A stretch of DNA of 64,000 nucleotides from Desulfurococcales archaeon (lineage in GTDB: Archaea > Thermoproteota > Thermoprotei_A > Sulfolobales > Desulfurococcaceae): contig JALVYU010000031.1 in NCBI GenBank assembly GCA_027022365.1, forward strand, positions 160,001 through 224,000. Reading direction: 5' to 3'. The translations under genes were made by a program, and so were the position numbers. This document shows, piece by piece, positions 37,527 to 47,472 of this stretch (position 1 is the stretch's first letter; each line of letters opens with the position of its first letter). The notes under the pieces are model-generated. The model searched no databases, was not told the origin of the DNA, and worked only from the letters and a program-made list of their open reading frames with translations.

Positions 37527-38827
37527 GGCAGACTCGAGGCTATATCTATAATTTTTTCCATAATCTTTTCCCGATCCTCAGGCTCTACGAGGCTTACTAT
37601 TTCCTCATAATAGATATTGTTCACGCCTTGATGGGTTTCAATACTATAGGGTATATAGCCTATATATCCATCGGCATATCCAATAAATGCTAGATAATCA
37701 TATACACTATGTTTCTTAGCCTCCAGCTGGTACTCAATAAAAGCTTCGCCGGGGAAGAAGATAACGAGCACTTTACCACCGATCACACAGTACCTGATCC
37801 TAAAGCTTAATGCCCTTGATTTAAATGCTTTATATTTGTGAAGAAGACTCTTAATACCTTCGAGCACAGACTCAAGTCTCCTGATCTCTCCATGACTACC
37901 CCCACTTATCTTGAGGTTCTCAAGCTTTCTGGCAATATCTTCTTTTATCGAGAGAAGCCTCTCTAGGATCTTTTCAACGTTTTTAAGCCTCACAGTTATG
38001 TCAATATACCGGTTTACAATCCAAGGATCAGGTATGTTTTCAAGTCTTCCGTGCTCTACCGTTTCTGATACACTACGGGCAATCCTGTTCGCCAGCTCCA
38101 TTAATGCATCAATGTTCTGTCCTTTCCGCGTGTGCCGAGTACTAATATTGCCAGCTGCACCGTTCAAGTAAAGTGCTGGGCATCCTAGTTTTTCTTCTAG
38201 GATTATTGAAGTCACGCCTGCCAGATCACCGCTAATATATGTATTAGACGCTGGCAACACTGTAGGATGACAAGCATAATTTACAGCTATGAATTTTCTT
38301 TGGAGCTCGTTCTGAGATAACATTATGACGGCTTCATTGTCCACGGGCCCCCTTGGATCGATCCTATTAGATGCCACGCTTTCTATGATCGACTTACCCA
38401 TATACAATGAGGCTTTGCTAGGAACACTAAGTATGCTTGACACTAATTGATTAATTCTCTCTAGTAAGTATATCCTGTATTTTCGGATCTTACCGACAAT
38501 ATTATCATTTAAATGTAGCGTGCTCCATGTATCCAATGAGATCTCGGGCCCTGAATGAGTGTGAGTTGCAATTACATGTATGATATCTGGTCTTAAACCA
38601 TACTTGCGTGAAATAAGCTCCACTATGTCACTGTATAGCTCATCATCTATTCTGATTAGCTCTAGGCTTAGGAGAAGAATCTCGCCTTCTCCTTCTATAA
38701 ATGCTCCTCTAGCATAGATATTATGTAGTACTCCTTTGGAGTACTCACTACGCATTATATATCCAGCCATAGGAAGAGGTTCACGTGGTGTTATATCTAT
38801 TTTCGACGCCGAAATATTGAATGACAT
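37523..38827 (-). CDS. neutral/alkaline ceramidase-like N-terminal-domain amidohydrolase
   Basis: DITP...PMAGY..R, ATHTHSGP, NYACHPT, ISGD, NGAAGN, PGEAF, GYADGYIGY. Confidence 0.8.
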   Translation of the reverse strand: MSFNISASKIDITPREPLPMAGYIMRSEYSKGVLHNIYARGAFIEGEGEILLLSLELIRIDDELYSDIVELISRKYGLRPDIIHVIATHTHSGPEISLDTWSTLHLNDNIVGKIRKYRIYLLERINQLVSSILSVPSKASLYMGKSIIESVASNRIDPRGPVDNEAVIMLSQNELQRKFIAVNYACHPTVLPASNTYISGDLAGVTSIILEEKLGCPALYLNGAAGNISTRHTRKGQNIDALMELANRIARSVSETVEHGRLENIPDPWIVNRYIDITVRLKNVEKILERLLSIKEDIARKLENLKISGGSHGEIRRLESVLEGIKSLLHKYKAFKSRALSFRIRYCVIGGKVLVIFFPGEAFIEYQLEAKKHSVYDYLAFIGYADGYIGYIPYSIETHQGVNNIYYEEIVSLVEPEDREKIMEKIIDIASSLP

Positions 38828-38987
38828 TAAAATGTCACCATGATTTACAATAAATATTTGAAAACGATATGTACAATTGATTGTTTTAGATTAATTTAGA
38901 AAAAAGAGCTATAGTAAAAACGAAAGTAATGTTTACAAAAATTAATAACATATTCTTAAATCAAGTAAAGTTATACAAGCCCTAATA

Positions 38988-40229
38988 ATGGGTGACTACT
39001 ACATTATGTGTTCCAATAAGTTGTTAAAACACATACTAAGACACCCAATATATCTGCGTCATGCATATGATTCGATCATTTCTGATAAACGTGAACAAAC
39101 ATTTTGTGGCTGGAGGAAGGTTTTACTCGGAAAAAGCAGCAATGGAGAGCCAATAGTGGCTTTCGAGAAACAAGTGAACCCGGAAAACCCTAAATTAGTA
39201 GTATTGGCTGGCCAACACGGCAATGAACCTGCTAGTATAGCCGCTGCCTTCGCCCTATTACTCCTATCGGATAATTATAAGTGGGTACTTCCTCATCGGT
39301 TCTGGAGATCAAAAAGTAATTCCATTAATATATACCTAGTACCGGTAGCTAATCCTGATGGTCTTATAAGCTATCTTGAATGTATCGAACACGACCCTAC
39401 ACCAATATGGCATAATACCTGCTCCGAAGCCAGGTATAATTCTAGATCAGCGGATATCAACAGGGACTGGATGTTCTTAATCCAAGATGAAACAAAGATA
39501 CTACATGAATACATTACAAGGATTAAACCAGACATCGTCCTTGATCTCCATGAGTTTTATGCATCAGGAGGATCTCCACCAAAGTGGAGCACGGAAACAG
39601 AAGGATTCGATACAACATTGACCGATGCACCATATGCTATGGTTGATGAGATCGTCTCGGAAACATCCCGCGAGGTAATGGATTATGTCTCAAAAACTTT
39701 GAAGAGGCTAATGGGCAGAAAAATACGTGAAAGACACTTTACCGGAAGCGACAAGCCTTACCCCCCGCCAAGTATCCTGGGTGCTCACCTGCCTCTCGAA
39801 TATTATCCTAAACTACTTGTCGAGACGTGGGGTGTGGGCCTCCACGGTTTTCTATGGAGGGAAAGAGTGGTAACTCACCTCGTAGCAATTTATTCTGTCA
39901 TAGAATACTTGGAGAGCTACCGTGAGAAAATATCTGAGCTACGCTCACGTATTCACGAGTTAGACAACAAAACACCAGGTTATTTGTATTATATTGAATG
40001 CAGTGATGTATGCTACGAGATCTCTGAGCTCTTAAGCATACATGGGATCAGGCATGAAATAAGAGGAGGTAATCTAGTCGTATATCCTGTTGGTAGGGGG
40101 GAGGTAGTTGCAGATATCTTGTTTGATAAATCCTGTAAGTACAATAGGGTTCTTGAGGAGAATGGGTACGGGCGTCATACGATCGATCTGCTTTATCCAG
40201 GTATACGTATTAAGAAACAATTCCTCTAA
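38988..40229 (+). CDS. M14 zinc carboxypeptidase (MpaA-like)
   Basis: LGKSSNGEPI, GQHGNEP, P.ANPDG, RYN...DINRD, DLHE, late Glu LVETWG; no signal peptide. Confidence 0.85.
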   Translation: MGDYYIMCSNKLLKHILRHPIYLRHAYDSIISDKREQTFCGWRKVLLGKSSNGEPIVAFEKQVNPENPKLVVLAGQHGNEPASIAAAFALLLLSDNYKWVLPHRFWRSKSNSINIYLVPVANPDGLISYLECIEHDPTPIWHNTCSEARYNSRSADINRDWMFLIQDETKILHEYITRIKPDIVLDLHEFYASGGSPPKWSTETEGFDTTLTDAPYAMVDEIVSETSREVMDYVSKTLKRLMGRKIRERHFTGSDKPYPPPSILGAHLPLEYYPKLLVETWGVGLHGFLWRERVVTHLVAIYSVIEYLESYREKISELRSRIHELDNKTPGYLYYIECSDVCYEISELLSIHGIRHEIRGGNLVVYPVGRGEVVADILFDKSCKYNRVLEENGYGRHTIDLLYPGIRIKKQFL

Positions 40230-40647
40230 ATGAGCCTCTTATTTTCCATTCTCTTTTCACTGTATATACGAATCCTAATGCATACATAATTAGTATAAGA
40301 ATAGCTATTATTTTGTCCATGGTTGATGGAGTATAAACAAGGCTTGTCAAATAGCCGAGTATTCCCGGCGCGGCAAATAATGTATAGCTGAACAACTTGT
40401 GTCTGATCATTGATCTGATGGCTAGTATCTGTAGCATTATGAATACCATAGACGTGAAGACTAGACCATAGTATTTCTCTCGTATTAGCTCCGAGGATTC
40501 TATGTTATTTATTGTGAGTGGCGTTCCTCCAATCGACACGTTAGGTATGCCGATCGAGATCACTTGTGCAGCCATATAAATGCTATATGCTATGTAAGCG
40601 ATAAACATACACAATATAATTATTGGTAGGAGTTGTTCCCTACTCAT
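40210..40647 (-). CDS. small 4-TM membrane protein
   Basis: Four hydrophobic segments; starts 3 bp after the permease stop. Confidence 0.65.
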   Translation of the reverse strand: MSREQLLPIIILCMFIAYIAYSIYMAAQVISIGIPNVSIGGTPLTINNIESSELIREKYYGLVFTSMVFIMLQILAIRSMIRHKLFSYTLFAAPGILGYLTSLVYTPSTMDKIIAILILIMYALGFVYTVKREWKIRGSFRGIVS

Positions 40648-40650
40648 AGA

Positions 40651-41625
40651 TTATCTCCTCCTTAGCCTTGGATTATAGAACTCGATGAGAACCTCGCCAA
40701 TACTGATAAACCCTATTACCACGAGTGCGATGAAGAGCCCGGGCACAAGGAACCACGACCACATTCCCTTGCTGATCACATCGTTCCAGTTCGCATATGA
40801 ATCACTGATAACACTTCCCCAGTCAGCACCTTGTGTGGCAGCAGGTATTAAAAAGGCGAGCGATGTGACGGTCACTATTGCACCAGCCACGAGGATAGTT
40901 GCTCTCGCGAGGGCAAATGGAAGGACTTGTGGCCATACATGTCTCACCAGTATAAAGGTGTTGCTTGCACCTAGACAACGGGATGCCTCCACGTATCCTT
41001 CGCTCTTTATCTGAAGAACTTTGGCTCTGATTGCTCTTGCGGTGGAAGGCCATGATATAGCCGATATAAGCAGTATTGTGAGCCAAATATTCCATACATC
41101 TCTGAACAGGGAGGTGATCAGAATGAGTAGGAGAAGGCCTGGCAACATCATTATGGAGTCGCTTACCAGCATCAAGAAGGCATCGAATTTACTGCCGTAG
41201 TAGCCAGCCAAGCTGCCGATGACCAAGCCAATTAGTGTAGCTATGACTGCGCAGAGAAGACCTGTTGTCAAAGATACTCTGGCTCCATAGACTACTCTTG
41301 ACCAAATATCTCGCCATGCCTGATCGATGCCGAGCGGATGTCCTGGCATAGGCGGTAGAGGGACCGGTTTACCAGTTATTCCATGACTCCTTATCCACTC
41401 CATGATTTTCTGGAACTCCTGTGGCGCCTGCTGGTCTATCGGTACAGGCTTGTAAGGCGTAAACACCTGTGGGAACAAAGCCATGAAGGCAAAGAAAGCA
41501 ATTATCGCTACCCCTACTAGGCCTCTGGGGTCACTCAGGACTGCCTTGATAGGCGGGTATATCGCTTCATATATCTTCTTGTAGAGGGGTATACACACTA
41601 CTTTCTCCTTGCTCACACTGTTCAC
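40651..41625 (-). CDS. peptide ABC transporter permease (DppC-like)
   Basis: HPLGIDQAWRD, YGARVSL, YVEASRCLGA, HVWP, NPR. Confidence 0.9.
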   Translation of the reverse strand: MNSVSKEKVVCIPLYKKIYEAIYPPIKAVLSDPRGLVGVAIIAFFAFMALFPQVFTPYKPVPIDQQAPQEFQKIMEWIRSHGITGKPVPLPPMPGHPLGIDQAWRDIWSRVVYGARVSLTTGLLCAVIATLIGLVIGSLAGYYGSKFDAFLMLVSDSIMMLPGLLLLILITSLFRDVWNIWLTILLISAISWPSTARAIRAKVLQIKSEGYVEASRCLGASNTFILVRHVWPQVLPFALARATILVAGAIVTVTSLAFLIPAATQGADWGSVISDSYANWNDVISKGMWSWFLVPGLFIALVVIGFISIGEVLIEFYNPRLRRR

Positions 41626-43004
41626 CTCCTGATCCTCGGGTCTAGAACTGAATAGAGGATCTCCGCGATCGTTATCGATATCAGTACGGCTAACGTTACA
41701 ATCGTGAAAATGCCTATTATCAGTGGAGCGTCCCTGTTTACTATGGCGAGGTAGGTCAATCTGCCGATTCCTGGATAGTTAAACACGGTCTCGGTAACCA
41801 CTGCTCCGCCGAAAACAAATCCAAGGTCGATCGCCATCAACGTGATTACTGGCGGCGCTATTGTTCTCGCTATGAATTTATCCGCTATGTAGTTGTCATC
41901 GAATCCAGCGCCTCTGAACGTGATCACGTAGTCCTGGTACCACTCCTCCATTACTAGGCCTCTGATCGACAGCATGTACTGTACTACGTATATTTTCGAT
42001 AAAACTAGTGCGGGTAGTATTGTGAGCCAGAACCACGAGAATATATAGGTGGCTAGATTGGTTGGATGCTCAAAACCAATTATTATTCCTGACGGGAACC
42101 AGCCATACATGTAGGCGAGGAAATAAACAGCTATCATGCCGAGCCAGAAAACAGGCATTGACCTGATCGCTAAAATCATATTTGTCACAACAGCATCTAT
42201 CAGTGTACCTCTCTTCCTTGATAGATAGAATCCCAGTATGAACCCCGTCATAGAGCCTATGAAGAAAGCCATGCCGACAAGACCTATTGTGAAAGGAAGA
42301 TACGTCATTATAACGTCTATTACCGGTTTATGATATAAGGCTGATTCACCGAAATCGAACGTCGCGATACTGACAAATGTTGATGCAAGCCTCTCGTACC
42401 ATGGCTCCATAAACTTGATCTTCCTCGTTGTAGTTATGCTTGAGTTTGTATCGATAATTATCACAGTTCCCTGCCTATACTTGATGGTCTCGATCACCTT
42501 CTTCCCGCTGGGCGACTCTATAACAATAACATTATTTACTGCACGTGGTGCTCCAAGGACTATTGTCATGGTCTCTTGTTTCTCTTTCCCCCAGCGAATG
42601 ATCTCGTGAGCTACAACTGGTATCCTATCGTAACCTATAGTACGGTTAATATCATAGGCGAGAGATAACACTATGGATGGGTTTAACCCGTGCTCTCGGC
42701 ATAATTGGAGTAACAAGCTATACCAGTCATGATAGTTGCTCTCTACATATATCTTGTAGGTACCATTGATCGCTATGACTTGCTCCTGCATCAAGCCGAG
42801 CTTATAGATCCTATCGAGGTATTCGAAATAAACTGCTGGCTGTGTTTGAGCGGCTGATAAGAGGTAATCGTATGGTGTTGAGCCGGTAACACTTATTGAT
42901 AGATCGAGGAGAGCCCAGATAACAATAATTATAATGATAAATGTAATAATTTTATGAAGAATGCTCTTCGCTATAAAGTGTCCTAAACGAGCCAAAACAA
43001 TCAC
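41622..43004 (-). CDS. peptide ABC transporter permease (DppB-like) with large extracellular insertion
   Basis: DFGES, MPVFWLG, ILPALVL, GGAVVTETVFNYPGIG, LDPRIR; about 150 extra residues after TM1. Confidence 0.9.
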   Translation of the reverse strand: MIVLARLGHFIAKSILHKIITFIIIIIVIWALLDLSISVTGSTPYDYLLSAAQTQPAVYFEYLDRIYKLGLMQEQVIAINGTYKIYVESNYHDWYSLLLQLCREHGLNPSIVLSLAYDINRTIGYDRIPVVAHEIIRWGKEKQETMTIVLGAPRAVNNVIVIESPSGKKVIETIKYRQGTVIIIDTNSSITTTRKIKFMEPWYERLASTFVSIATFDFGESALYHKPVIDVIMTYLPFTIGLVGMAFFIGSMTGFILGFYLSRKRGTLIDAVVTNMILAIRSMPVFWLGMIAVYFLAYMYGWFPSGIIIGFEHPTNLATYIFSWFWLTILPALVLSKIYVVQYMLSIRGLVMEEWYQDYVITFRGAGFDDNYIADKFIARTIAPPVITLMAIDLGFVFGGAVVTETVFNYPGIGRLTYLAIVNRDAPLIIGIFTIVTLAVLISITIAEILYSVLDPRIRR

Positions 43005-43201
43005 TCTCCAGATCGGCTGGAGGTCGACCAGTATCTGGTTTATCCAGTATTGTGGTTATTTCTTGGTAAGTATTCATAGTAAGTGTTAGTATCTTTTGTA
43101 ACTTATACCACATGTACTAACGTCCTTGAATAATATGTGATCTCGATAAAATAATGTCTGATAAGGGAATCCTATACATGAATGTCCGTGAGGGATAGGT
43201 A

Positions 43202-45205
43202 ATGAAACGAATAAGCAAGCCTTTAGCATCTATTATTCTACTAGTAATGATGGCTTTGAGCCTAGCATCCACGCTCTACTACTTACCGATCGCAAGCGCT
43301 GAGACGAGACCCACACTGGTAATAGGGCTTCCGGATCTTCCTGCGAACAGATTCAACCCTCTGAACTTCAAGATGGTATATACACAAGTAATAGCTGATG
43401 CTATGTTCGAGCCCCTTGTAAGAATTAGGTGGGACGGCAACGGATACATACCTAACCTCGCAGTCAGCTGGGAGACCAAGGATGATGGCAAAGTATGGAT
43501 ATTCCACCTAATACACAACGCGACATGGCATGATGGCAAACCAGTGACGGCCGATGATGTGGTTTATACGTACCAGCTGATAAAGAAGTACCAGGCACTA
43601 CAGGGAGGACGTGAGGACTTCGTTAAAAAACTAGTCGATGTCAAGAAGATCGATGATTATACTGTCGAATTCGACTTTAGCTCTGCTCCAGTCAACGCCT
43701 TCGTAGTATTCAGCGGAGTATACATAGTGCCTAAACACATATGGGAAACCCTATCAGACCCGACAGCTCCACTCCCATGGAGCAAACTTATAGGCTGCGG
43801 GCCATTCATGTACAAGTCCAGTAGCCCAACATCAATAACCCTGATTGCCTACGATAAGCACTTCAGAGGCGCCCCGGAGCCCAAGGAGCTACAATTCGTT
43901 AAGGTAAGCCAGTTCGTCGCTAAGCTAGTGGCTGGAGAGATAGATGCTGGCTACTTCACAACATACAAGGCCAGCGACGTCAAGCAGCTCGCCGAGCTAG
44001 CTGCCCAGGGCAAAGTAGTTCTCTACAAGACCCTCGGTAGCTCAACACATATGCTGATATTCAATATGGAGAAACCACCAATGAACTTCCTAGCATTCAG
44101 AATGGCTGTCGCCTACGCCATAAACGTTACGAGGATCATCGAGAAATACTATGGAAACCTAGCCCTGCCGGGCAACCAAGCACTTCTGAACCCGAAGGGA
44201 TATAACTGGACACTATACATACCGAAGGAGAAGATCTATCCATGCAACAAGACATTGGCTAAAGAGATACTGACAAAGGCCCTCGGCCTCAAGCCGGGGC
44301 CGAACGGCCTACTATTGGGTCCTGACGGCAAACCAATACATGTCAAGATACTTGCTAAGCAGAACGACGTATTCTGTAGAGACCTCATCGCCAAAGACAT
44401 TGCCGCCGACCTAAGATCAATCGGTATCGATGCAAAAGCATATATTGTGCCTGCAAGCCAGTTCGGCAGCGTATACAATGCTAGACAATGGGACATGGTG
44501 ATAGTAGGCTGGTTCCTGCCAGACCTAAAAGAAAGATATGGCAAACCACCAGTAGTAACCTTCGGTGAGTTCACCGCAGGTAGTGACGCCAACGTACCAA
44601 AGTTCAGCAACGCAACCTACGACAAGCTCTACCAGGAGTTCAAGACAGCTGTTGAGAACAAAGACTGGAACAAAGCCTACAAGCTCGCATGGGAAATGCA
44701 GATGATACTAGTTGAACAGATACCCGCTGTATCACTATACCATCCATACGTCGTTACAGCTGCTAGGATCGACAAGTACAAGGACTGGGTCTTCGGAATT
44801 AATTTAATGCTAAACTACTACAGCTATGTGGGTGCATCAAAGTTCGGGCTCAAAGGACCTGCCAAGTTCCACGAGCTGTCAGGTCAGTACCTATTATCTA
44901 AGGTGCATATGCCGACAACTGATGAAATGAAGGCTCTTCATGACTGGATATCGAATCATCTAATTTCGTGGGGCGTACTACCAAAAGCGACGACTACAAC
45001 TACAACCACAACTACCACGACCACAACACCGTCGCAGACCACAACAACTACGCCTCCAGCTTCACCAACGACAACGACGACAACCCCGACACAAACGCCG
45101 ACAACAACTCCTTCACAAGGTATGAGCCCAGCACTTATAGCGGGCATAATCATTGCTATAATCATTATCGTAGCGATCATAGCGATCTATGCTAAGAAGA
45201 AATAA
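43202..45205 (+). CDS. family 5 ABC substrate-binding protein, canonical order, C-terminal anchor
   Basis: Signal peptide, FNPL, PNLAVSW, WHDGKPVTADDV, IGCGPF, FRMAVAYAIN; Thr-rich linker and C-terminal TM. Confidence 0.92.
   Translation: MKRISKPLASIILLVMMALSLASTLYYLPIASAETRPTLVIGLPDLPANRFNPLNFKMVYTQVIADAMFEPLVRIRWDGNGYIPNLAVSWETKDDGKVWIFHLIHNATWHDGKPVTADDVVYTYQLIKKYQALQGGREDFVKKLVDVKKIDDYTVEFDFSSAPVNAFVVFSGVYIVPKHIWETLSDPTAPLPWSKLIGCGPFMYKSSSPTSITLIAYDKHFRGAPEPKELQFVKVSQFVAKLVAGEIDAGYFTTYKASDVKQLAELAAQGKVVLYKTLGSSTHMLIFNMEKPPMNFLAFRMAVAYAINVTRIIEKYYGNLALPGNQALLNPKGYNWTLYIPKEKIYPCNKTLAKEILTKALGLKPGPNGLLLGPDGKPIHVKILAKQNDVFCRDLIAKDIAADLRSIGIDAKAYIVPASQFGSVYNARQWDMVIVGWFLPDLKERYGKPPVVTFGEFTAGSDANVPKFSNATYDKLYQEFKTAVENKDWNKAYKLAWEMQMILVEQIPAVSLYHPYVVTAARIDKYKDWVFGINLMLNYYSYVGASKFGLKGPAKFHELSGQYLLSKVHMPTTDEMKALHDWISNHLISWGVLPKATTTTTTTTTTTTTPSQTTTTTPPASPTTTTTTPTQTPTTTPSQGMSPALIAGIIIAIIIIVAIIAIYAKKK
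44987..45110 (+). repeat. low-complexity Thr-rich linker (ACN codon run)
   Basis: Encodes ATTTTTTTTTTTTTPSQTTTT...; the codons are mixed, so the repeat is at the protein level. Confidence 0.8.
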
Positions 45206-45337
45206 AAAACAGATATAGCTAGTTATCATCAAACAAGTCTTTTTCCCATAACGATTATAATGGATATAATTTCTTTATAAGGTAAGTAAATTATTTACAA
45301 AAACATAATCTCCTATCACCCTGCTATCCATATATAA

Positions 45338-46357
45338 TTGGTACATAACATTAGTAACCCTTTAGAACATTTGGTGGACATTATGTCCTGGATGGAGCCC
45401 CGTAAAATAATAAAAATAGGAGAGAAATCCTATGCGATCACACTCCCCAAGAAATGGGCTAAAATCCTAGGAATAAAGCCTGGGGACTCGGTAAATCTCA
45501 CCATGGATAAGAACGGAGTAATACATGTATACATGATAAACAAGAAGCCGAAGAAAGAAGAAGGCTTCGCAATAGTCCTCGACGCCTCAAAACTATCTCT
45601 CAATGAGCTGGAAGAATGTCTGCGTGGATGTTACATAGAGGGGCTTGATAGTATAATAATCAAAAACCTTAAGCGGGACGAGTTCAAGCCCCCCGTGCTA
45701 AACGATATAATAGTGAAGCTACCCGGAGTAATTATCCTTGAGCCTGGTCCCGAGGACATAGTACTAAAGATAGCAATAACCGAGGACATCATAGACTTAG
45801 ATGAAGTAGTTACAAGGATGTCGCATATCCTCGAGAACATGTTCGACTATATGGAGAGCTATATCAATACAGGAAAGAAGGATGAAGGTGAAACAATACT
45901 TAAACTAGACGATGAGCTAGACAGACTCTACCATCTGGGTCAGAGGCTGATCAGGAAAAAGATGCGTGCAAAAATAATGTCCTCGAGAAACTATCTCGAT
46001 CTACTCGACTACCTAATGATAATCACAAACCTGGAGCATATCGGTGATTGTCTAGACAGAGGCGTAAGGATACTCCTCGAGAAAGAATGGGGAGATATTC
46101 AGGACGAGCTTAGAGAGTCAGTACTGAAATCAAGGAAGATAGTCTTCGACACAATTGCAGGGATAAGATATCCCAACCTTAAAATACTCAGCAATCTAAG
46201 ACTACGGAGAAGAGAACTTAAACAATTACTTAGAAACATCGTGCTGAAAAAACCAGAGTTCAGCGGAGTAGTCAACGAGTTCGAGCTAATATCGACTCTG
46301 AGCACAGACATAGCCGAAGTAACCGTGTTCAGATATCTCAGGAAACAATCAGAGTAA
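45338..46357 (+). CDS. AbrB-N/PhoU-domain archaeal transcriptional regulator
   Basis: RKIIKIGEKSYAITLPKKWA...GIKPGD, Y..G.D, LDDELDRLY, LEHIGD; real start probably 45383 or 45392. Confidence 0.88.
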   Translation: MVHNISNPLEHLVDIMSWMEPRKIIKIGEKSYAITLPKKWAKILGIKPGDSVNLTMDKNGVIHVYMINKKPKKEEGFAIVLDASKLSLNELEECLRGCYIEGLDSIIIKNLKRDEFKPPVLNDIIVKLPGVIILEPGPEDIVLKIAITEDIIDLDEVVTRMSHILENMFDYMESYINTGKKDEGETILKLDDELDRLYHLGQRLIRKKMRAKIMSSRNYLDLLDYLMIITNLEHIGDCLDRGVRILLEKEWGDIQDELRESVLKSRKIVFDTIAGIRYPNLKILSNLRLRRRELKQLLRNIVLKKPEFSGVVNEFELISTLSTDIAEVTVFRYLRKQSE

Positions 46358-46447
46358 GTAATCTGAAAGTAATTTTGCATATTATATTCTAAATCATCGG
46401 TTCGCCAAACAGACTAGGTATCGGAACCAAGAATTATTGGTGGTATA

Positions 46448-47458
46448 ATGGTAAAGATCGGGATAATCGGGTATGGTTTTATGGGTTCAACACATGCTAG
46501 AGTATTGAAAACAATTGATGAAGTAGAAATAGTAGCGGTAGCCGATCTAAGTCCTGAGGCGAGAAGGAGAGCCGCCAAGGAACTTCCCAGGGCAAAGATC
46601 TATGATGACGCTGAAAAACTCATAAGAGACAAGGATGTAGAGGCAGTAATAATAGCGACACCTCCTGACACCCATGTAGATTACCTAATAAAGTCTGTGG
46701 TGGAAGGAAAACATGTTCTAGTAGAGAAACCACTTGCTCCATCATTCTCCCATCTAGAGAAGCTCCTCGATCTCGAGATTCCCGACAACATTGTCGTTAT
46801 GAGCGGTTTCAGTTTACGTTATCACAGAATGTATGTTGACCTATATAGACAGATCCAAGGGCTAGGAAGAATATTCATATTCCACCACACAGCCCTTGGA
46901 GGCCTTCCATCAAACGAGTGGCTCCTAGACACGAGGATTAGTGGTGGAATGCTCAACGAGAACGCAGTACATATCATATACTTGTTCCTATGGTACCTGG
47001 GCGAGCCGGAAAAAGTCTATGCAAAACTATACAGTAAGACAGGCAAGGACATGGATGATAACCTAGTTCTAGTGACAAGTATTAAAGGCTCAACTGCCTC
47101 CTTGCTACGTTCATGGACTGCTGGCCAGATAGTCAGATATTATGAGGTCTTGGGTGAAAAAGGGTCAATACATGTAGAGGGCTATTTGGGAGGAAAAATA
47201 ACATGTGTCATAGATGGCACGAAGGAGACCAGAGAATACCCGGTAATAGTTGACGAGATGTATCGGGAAGAACTAATGGATTATATCAACTCGATAAAGA
47301 AGGGTACTCGGCCTAAGACGGGCTTGAGAGAAGCGATACTAATACAGCTGATCGTGGAAGCGGCCAAACAGTCTGCAAAGGAAAACCAGCCAGTATCGAT
47401 AATGGAGGCGGGAGGAGAGCTCGCAAAAGAGCTACTGAGAAAATATCGTAATAGGTAG
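46448..47458 (+). CDS. Gfo/Idh/MocA NAD(P)-dependent sugar oxidoreductase
   Basis: GIIGYGFMG, IATPPDTH, GKHVLVEKP, GF..RY, SGGML.EN.VH. Confidence 0.92.
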   Translation: MVKIGIIGYGFMGSTHARVLKTIDEVEIVAVADLSPEARRRAAKELPRAKIYDDAEKLIRDKDVEAVIIATPPDTHVDYLIKSVVEGKHVLVEKPLAPSFSHLEKLLDLEIPDNIVVMSGFSLRYHRMYVDLYRQIQGLGRIFIFHHTALGGLPSNEWLLDTRISGGMLNENAVHIIYLFLWYLGEPEKVYAKLYSKTGKDMDDNLVLVTSIKGSTASLLRSWTAGQIVRYYEVLGEKGSIHVEGYLGGKITCVIDGTKETREYPVIVDEMYREELMDYINSIKKGTRPKTGLREAILIQLIVEAAKQSAKENQPVSIMEAGGELAKELLRKYRNR

Positions 47459-47472
47459 AGGTAATTAGTACA

